64,000 nt of DNA from a virus. This document shows positions 58,912 to 64,000 of this stretch, piece by piece. The notes under the pieces were generated by a model, which saw nothing but the letters and a program-made list of their open reading frames with translations, was not told the origin of the DNA and made no database searches. A program made the translations under genes and the position numbers. The stretch is from IMG/VR virus record IMGVR_UViG_3300013108_000622, positions 9,064 to 73,063 of that record. One strand, written 5' to 3'. Every line of letters starts with the position of its first letter. The stretch's first letter is position 1.

Positions 58912-60480
58912 ATGAAAAAAATAGAAAATGGTAAAACATTGAATGAAGCTATAATGAGCGGCGTCAACAAGCTGGCTAACGCTGTTGGGGCGACTTTGGG
59001 TCCACGTGGAAGAAATGTTATCCTCAAAGGCAAATCACAAAAGCCAGTTATCACCAAAGATGGCGTGACTGTGGCTAAGTTTTTTGATTTAGATGATCCG
59101 TTTGAAAATTTGGGAGTGCAAGTAATTAAGCAAGCGAGTGATTCAACGAATACATTAGCGGGTGACGGAACAACTACCTCTACTATCTTGGCAAGAGCAA
59201 TCCTTAATAAAGCTCAAACCCATCTATCCAATAACGTTTCTCCAATTGAATTGAAAAGGGGTATTGATTTAGCTGTTGAAGAATTCGTAACTCAACTTCG
59301 TGAAAAAACTCGTCCGGTATCAACACAGGAAGAGATTGAGCAAATTGCAACAATTTCAGCAAATGGTGACAAGGGCATCGGCAAGCTCATTGGTTCGGCA
59401 GTTGATCAAGTTGGAAAAGATGGCGCAATAACCATTCGTGAAGCAAAATCAAATTCAACTTCTCTTGAACTTACTGAGGGTTTTCGTTTTGACTCTGGGT
59501 TGTTGGCAAATGCTTTTATCACTGATGAACGACGTGGGGTCATGAGGCACGAAGATTGTTTGATACTGGTAACAGATCGCAGTATCACAATGATAGATGA
59601 AATACTCCCAGTTTTAGAAATTGCAGCAAGAGACGGACGACCACTCATAATTGTCGCAGAAGATATTTCCGGGCAAGCACTCGCAGCAATGATTATGAAT
59701 TCTATGAAGGGTTCAATGCGAGTAGCTGCAATCAAGGCTCCGAGATATGGTGAGGAGAGAAGAAACATACTTGCAGACTTGGCCATCTCAACAGGGGGAG
59801 CTTTCATCTCCAGGGAGTCAGGAATGCAGCTTCAAGCAACTAAATTGGAACACTTCGGTACAGCTCAAACAGTTGAATCAAACATTTCATTTACAACCAT
59901 TGTAGGTGGGAACCAAGATGATGTTAAGGTAGAGGAAAGAATTTCCCTCCTAAAGGAGCAGCTAGATACAGAGCAGGATTTGCGATTGTGTGAAAAAATA
60001 CAAGAACGAATCACCAGACTCTCGTCCGCCATCGCTATCATTAAAGTCGGCGGCCTCACTGAGGTTGAGATGGTAGAAAAGAAACACAGAGTCGAAGATG
60101 CCCTTGAAGCGGTTAATTCTGCCCAAGAAGAAGGGATATTGGCTGGTGGTTCATCAGTTGTCTTAAGAATTGCAAAAAATCTAGAACTGGAAACCGAAAA
60201 CCGAGAGCAGCAATTTGGAATAGAGGTGGTAAAAGAAGCGGTTAAAGAGCCGTTCAGGTTGATGGTTTCAAATGCTGGCTTGTCTCCTGATATTTATCTA
60301 GAAAAGGTAGAAAACCACTCAAACCCAGAGTCTGGATTGAATGTTGCTACTGGGGAAATTGTCAACATGTACTCTTACGGAATCATAGATCCTTTCAAGG
60401 TTGTAAGGTGTGCTTTACAAAATGCGGCGTCTGCGGCATCGACTTTATTATTAACAGACCACGCAATTGTCGAGGAATAA
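58912..60480 (+). CDS. groEL: chaperonin GroEL
   Basis: TLGPRGRNV, ITKDGVTVA, AGDGTTTST, GIIDP.KV.R.ALQNAAS. Confidence 0.95.
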   Translation: MKKIENGKTLNEAIMSGVNKLANAVGATLGPRGRNVILKGKSQKPVITKDGVTVAKFFDLDDPFENLGVQVIKQASDSTNTLAGDGTTTSTILARAILNKAQTHLSNNVSPIELKRGIDLAVEEFVTQLREKTRPVSTQEEIEQIATISANGDKGIGKLIGSAVDQVGKDGAITIREAKSNSTSLELTEGFRFDSGLLANAFITDERRGVMRHEDCLILVTDRSITMIDEILPVLEIAARDGRPLIIVAEDISGQALAAMIMNSMKGSMRVAAIKAPRYGEERRNILADLAISTGGAFISRESGMQLQATKLEHFGTAQTVESNISFTTIVGGNQDDVKVEERISLLKEQLDTEQDLRLCEKIQERITRLSSAIAIIKVGGLTEVEMVEKKHRVEDALEAVNSAQEEGILAGGSSVVLRIAKNLELETENREQQFGIEVVKEAVKEPFRLMVSNAGLSPDIYLEKVENHSNPESGLNVATGEIVNMYSYGIIDPFKVVRCALQNAASAASTLLLTDHAIVEE

Positions 60481-60507
60481 GTTCCCCCCACTAACTACTT
60501 AATACTT

Positions 60508-60789
60508 GTGAGCCCAGCAGAACAACAAACCATAGTAGAGCTTTCTACCAGAGTGGAGTTTTTGGAAGAAAAGATAATGGATGCACTGGAAGCTGTGCGC
60601 CAAAATCAAGAGAGAATGAGTTCGGACATTTCAAAAATTAAAGAAGCGGTTTATCATCCAGACCAGGGGTTATATGCTAGGCTCAAACTACTAGAAGAAG
60701 AAAGCAAATCACGTGCAAAATTTTTATGGCTTCTTTTATCAATGGGTGTGGGTTCAATCGGAGCCGCCCTCATTTCTCATCTAAGTTAA
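60508..60789 (+). CDS. coiled-coil protein with C-terminal TM helix (holin/XhlA-like)
   Basis: RLKLLEE...FLWLLLSMGVGSIGAALI; ACTACTTA 6 nt upstream. Confidence 0.45.
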   Translation: MSPAEQQTIVELSTRVEFLEEKIMDALEAVRQNQERMSSDISKIKEAVYHPDQGLYARLKLLEEESKSRAKFLWLLLSMGVGSIGAALISHLS

Positions 60790-60799
60790 TATTTTTTTC

Positions 60800-60828
60800 T
60801 TGACTTTAAAACTTCTATGTGCTATCAT
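60800..60828 (+). promoter_or_regulatory. sigma70-type promoter
   Basis: TTGACT-N17-TATCAT. Confidence 0.65.
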
Positions 60829-60836
60829 ACATATTA

Positions 60837-61508
60837 GTGAGTCAGATGAATATGAGTGATGTTGATACAGGGATTACCCTTAAAGAAACCCAAATTTCTC
60901 GTTCTCGTATAGTAAAAGTGCTTGCCGAGGATTTAGATCTTTCGACTAAAGATTTTTTGGAGTCAATTTTAAAGTTTTATGACAAGAAAAACACTCTTAC
61001 AAACAGACAATATCAAGCATTTCAAAAGATTGAAAGCCGATTTTCTCCACAGGAAAAACGTAAATGGGAATCGTGGAAAAAAGAATATAAAGAATTTTAT
61101 TATAACGATTCTAAGATCATAGCCTCCTACTATTTAAAAGCTGGTTACTATTCTACTTTGGCAAACAAGATAACTGACGACGACACATTTGTCCCTAATC
61201 GCAAGGATTTTTTAAAAATGTATAGCAATTCATATGCGCAAAAGGTGGTAGAGGCAACCAGATCAGAACCAAAGTTTGAAGTAGGAGCCCAAGTCCAAAT
61301 TCGTAAAACGGCAGGAAAAACATATGAAACCGAATACCTAAGCCCACTAAGGTTAAGACGATGTTTTGTGTTGCAAAATGATTTACCGGTGGTAAATGCG
61401 GTGAACGGAGCAAAGAGGTATCGTATTTTACCCATGGGTTATTCAAACCCTATTGATATTGATGAAAGGTTTCTTATGAAACTTGATAAGAGAGGAAAAA
61501 ATTCATAA
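60837..61508 (+). CDS. hypothetical protein
   Basis: Start placed downstream of the promoter (GTG 60837 or ATG 60846). Confidence 0.55.
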   Translation: MSQMNMSDVDTGITLKETQISRSRIVKVLAEDLDLSTKDFLESILKFYDKKNTLTNRQYQAFQKIESRFSPQEKRKWESWKKEYKEFYYNDSKIIASYYLKAGYYSTLANKITDDDTFVPNRKDFLKMYSNSYAQKVVEATRSEPKFEVGAQVQIRKTAGKTYETEYLSPLRLRRCFVLQNDLPVVNAVNGAKRYRILPMGYSNPIDIDERFLMKLDKRGKNS

Positions 61509-61888
61509 TGAAAGTAGTAGTAAGTTATGCTTGTGAGCTGGAAGATATTCCTTACACAATTGTAGAATTGTTACAAAATTTAAAAGAAAACCATCTACCA
61601 GGTGTTGAGATTGACATTCAGGATGCTATATTGAGTAGTAATGAAAACAAAGTTTCAGAGGCACTTGAGTCTATGGATGCTGCTCGTATTGGGTTAGCGA
61701 AAATAGACAGTAGGTTGATGGACTATATGAGCATTCTAGCTGGGTATTCCAAAACAAATGCAGATGCTTATATAGAGGACACTCCACCCCCAACCCAACA
61801 GGGTACGCAAGAAGTTGTCCCGCATGATATTTTAAACACGGTGGAGGATAATAATGTTGATACCAAAAGCAAAACCCAAAATGATTAA
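61508..61888 (+). CDS. hypothetical protein
   Basis: Coupled ORF. Confidence 0.55.
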   Translation: MKVVVSYACELEDIPYTIVELLQNLKENHLPGVEIDIQDAILSSNENKVSEALESMDAARIGLAKIDSRLMDYMSILAGYSKTNADAYIEDTPPPTQQGTQEVVPHDILNTVEDNNVDTKSKTQND

Positions 61889-62135
61889 GTTAGTTGAAGT
61901 GGTTGAGAGTGGTGGGCACTACAATCTCCGAGAGATTGTTTTAAATTCTGTCCACATTATTTCAATGGTTGGTGACAATTTCAGTGCAGGACTTCACGCA
62001 AATGGCAAATTACCAGAAGGGTTACACGAAGCTCAACAATTTTCTAAAGTTGCTTTAGCAAATGGTAAAGAAATTACTGTTGTCGGTAGTCCCGATATGT
62101 TGGGACAAAAAGTAAAAAATATTCTTCATGGGTGA
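61881..62135 (+). CDS. hypothetical protein (FlbD-like fold)
   Basis: MIKL...IVLN..HII...KVALANG..ITV. Confidence 0.45.
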   Translation: MIKLVEVVESGGHYNLREIVLNSVHIISMVGDNFSAGLHANGKLPEGLHEAQQFSKVALANGKEITVVGSPDMLGQKVKNILHG

Positions 62136-62143
62136 TTTTTTGC

Positions 62144-62171
62144 TTGACGCTCCAATAACGGTGTTTACACT
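62144..62171 (+). promoter_or_regulatory. sigma70-type promoter for hsp20
   Basis: TTGACG-N16-TACACT. Confidence 0.5.
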
Positions 62172-62192
62172 ACAATCACGGAGGAAAATAAT

Positions 62193-62591
62193 ATGTCATC
62201 ACTAATTCGTTTCAATAACAATCATTCAGATCTTATCGATAGGTTCTTTGGGTTTGACGATCTTTTAACGAGACCACTGGTCAAGGAAGTGAAAGATTAT
62301 CATAAACCAGTCGTCAGGAGTCTTGAAGATAGATATGAAGTTTCTTTAATTGCACCAGGTTTAGAGAAGAAAGATTTTAATATCACTCTTGAGGGAAACC
62401 AAATTACAATCAGTTACGACGCTAGCGAAAATGAAAACAGCTATTGTTACGCAACTAAATATTCGAAATCATATACAATTCCAGCAGATTGCGATGTCGA
62501 AAGTGTTTCAGCTTCATATGAAAATGGTGTAATGGTTATCAGCTTACCTAAAGCTGAATCGGCAAAGCCAAGAACAATTAAAATTAAATAA
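62193..62591 (+). CDS. small heat shock protein Hsp20
   Basis: APGLEKKDFNI...ASYENGVMVISLPK...PRTIKI. Confidence 0.9.
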   Translation: MSSLIRFNNNHSDLIDRFFGFDDLLTRPLVKEVKDYHKPVVRSLEDRYEVSLIAPGLEKKDFNITLEGNQITISYDASENENSYCYATKYSKSYTIPADCDVESVSASYENGVMVISLPKAESAKPRTIKIK

Positions 62592-62619
62592 TTGCTCTCC
62601 TTATTATTGTTGTTTATCC

Positions 62620-62654
62620 AAGGATGCCCTGTGTAATGCGGGGCATCCTTTTTT
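62620..62654 (+). terminator. intrinsic terminator
   Basis: AAGGATGCCC.../GGGCATCCTT followed by T-tract. Confidence 0.85.
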
Positions 62655-62693
62655 CTTTTGTTTTACTTGTAATTCTAGACTATTTATAGTATA

Positions 62694-62909
62694 ATGGAAG
62701 ACAAAACCGACTCTAGGTTATATGTTAGAGTTGGTTGTTCTGTGTGTTTAAGCGGCAGAAGACAAGGTGTTTTTATGAATTGTCCCTATTGTGATAAGGA
62801 AAGAAAGCAAGTGATAGAAGCATCCTTTGGTGCCATTAAAGATTCGCTTCACCAAAATTTATCAGCGGATCAAAAACAAGAATTGATTAAGTTCTTGCAA
62901 GAGGAATAA
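62694..62909 (+). CDS. small Zn-finger protein
   Basis: CSVC...CPYC. Confidence 0.55.
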   Translation: MEDKTDSRLYVRVGCSVCLSGRRQGVFMNCPYCDKERKQVIEASFGAIKDSLHQNLSADQKQELIKFLQEE

Positions 62910-62910
62910 T

Positions 62911-63882
62911 ATGAAAATATTAATGGAAAGCTGGCGAGGATATCTTAATGAGGGACAGCAAACCCCAAAGGCAATTTTTATGGCTGGTGCCCCAGGTTCG
63001 GGCAAGTCCACAGTTATTGATAAACTGGGGTTAGATACACTAGAGATAATTAATCCTGATGAGTTTTATGAGCCAGCATTGGAAAAGTCAGGTCTCGGAA
63101 AGAACATAGCTAAACTAAAGGAAGACTTTTTACAAGCTAGGCAAGACTTTAAAGAACTTTTGAGCGAGATTTTGAATCTTGTTGAGCCCGAAGATGGGTG
63201 GAATCACGAAGTTTTAGGCGAACTATATGATTCTGCCATGGAGGAAGCCAACGACGATCAGACTTTTATTCACAACCTCAAAACTGTACGTAGCAAATAT
63301 GATGCCAACCGCGCAAAGATAGTTCAGCAAGCAAAATTATTTAGTCAAGCTAGAAACTCAGCAAAGGAAAAGCAACAAGCGGCAGCAGCCGAAGGCCAAA
63401 GTTTCGTGGTTGATGGAACAGGCGGACGATTCGGTGTCATTCGCAACCAAAAGCAAGCACTCGAAGAACAAGGGTATGATGTTGGAATGATCTTTGTGGA
63501 CATTCCATTGGAAGATTCTCTTGCACGTCAACAAAAACGCCTTGAAGCTGGTGGTCGCGCACTAGATCCTAAAGCTATTGAAAAATCTTGGAACGCGGTT
63601 AATAAAAACTTAGAACCTTATAACGAGCTGTTTGGAGACAATCTCTTTCGCATTGTTGCGACTGATGAGGAGATGGATGCAAGCATTGCCGAAGAAGGTG
63701 AACGGCTTTCATCTTTCTTGGGAGGTTTGGAAGAAGATTTTCAGTCTGAACTAAAACCACGACTCCAAAAACAGATGAAGCGCCTTTTGCGTCACGGTGG
63801 AAATAAAGATAGTGGACCATTTGACGAGGAAGCTCCGATTGATTATCGCGGCTCTGCTCCTCCGGGCGCACCTGGAGGTTGA
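62911..63882 (+). CDS. zeta-toxin-like P-loop kinase with N-terminal tag
   Basis: AIFMAGAPGSGKS, INPD, FVVDGTG, R...R..GGR. Confidence 0.7.
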   Translation: MKILMESWRGYLNEGQQTPKAIFMAGAPGSGKSTVIDKLGLDTLEIINPDEFYEPALEKSGLGKNIAKLKEDFLQARQDFKELLSEILNLVEPEDGWNHEVLGELYDSAMEEANDDQTFIHNLKTVRSKYDANRAKIVQQAKLFSQARNSAKEKQQAAAAEGQSFVVDGTGGRFGVIRNQKQALEEQGYDVGMIFVDIPLEDSLARQQKRLEAGGRALDPKAIEKSWNAVNKNLEPYNELFGDNLFRIVATDEEMDASIAEEGERLSSFLGGLEEDFQSELKPRLQKQMKRLLRHGGNKDSGPFDEEAPIDYRGSAPPGAPGG

Positions 63883-64000
63883 AAATGCCCACAAAAAAGA
63901 AAGAATTGGAACAGTTACAAGAACTGAAGCCCCAACCCTTACCCAAACTCGCACCCCGAGGAATTCGCTCATTTACAGTATTTAGAGAGACAGATGAGAC

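Noticed and set aside
55858-60480. Host chromosome fragment (iscU, iscA, clpP, groEL)
   Set aside because: Genes are interleaved with phage-type hypotheticals and late motifs, and bacterial operon partners (iscS, adjacent groES, clpX) are absent
62592-62650. Minus-strand AAGGAGAG SD-like sequence beside the hairpin after hsp20
   Set aside because: No start codon or ORF follows; the hairpin is explained as a + strand terminator
1-64000. Alternative genetic code or stop-codon reassignment
   Set aside because: Conserved genes are full length in the standard code, and TAA, TAG and TGA all end genes at sensible boundaries
1-64000. CRISPR array, introns, inteins, transposases, integrase, rRNA
   Set aside because: No regular repeat-spacer pattern seen; DnaE, NrdJ, DnaB and RecA are uninterrupted; no such motifs recognised

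Overview
This window is a 64 kb, AT-rich segment of a large T4-like (contractile-tailed) bacteriophage read in the standard genetic code, with nearly all genes on the + strand. Positions 1-27 kb are the morphogenesis module: prohead protease, ribosomal protein bS21, scaffold, major capsid, neck, sheath, tube, tape measure and baseplate. Positions 27-42 kb cover replication and metabolism: compact PolA, ClpP, MazG-like, tubulin-like, SSB, RecA, PMM, 5' nuclease, DnaB, NrdJ, GroES, ThyX and sugar-nucleotide genes. An inverted fibre-gene pair lies at 42.5-45.5 kb. Positions 46-64 kb hold DnaE, two methyltransferases, dUTPase, IMPDH, a stand-alone sigma region 4, IscU/IscA, a second ClpP, amidase, GroEL, Hsp20 and a zeta-like kinase. 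The most unusual signals are: a tRNA with a serine-type body but a Lys(UUU) anticodon loop; an unannotated start-less ORF probably reached by a +1/-2 frameshift; perfect sigma70 promoters giving leaderless mRNAs in a bS21-encoding phage; a recurrent ACTA(T/C)TTA late motif; a shared N-terminal tag on likely head-packaged proteins; and S/T-G-S enrichment in virion proteins alongside mannose-pathway genes. All calls come from motif recognition by eye; no database search was run.
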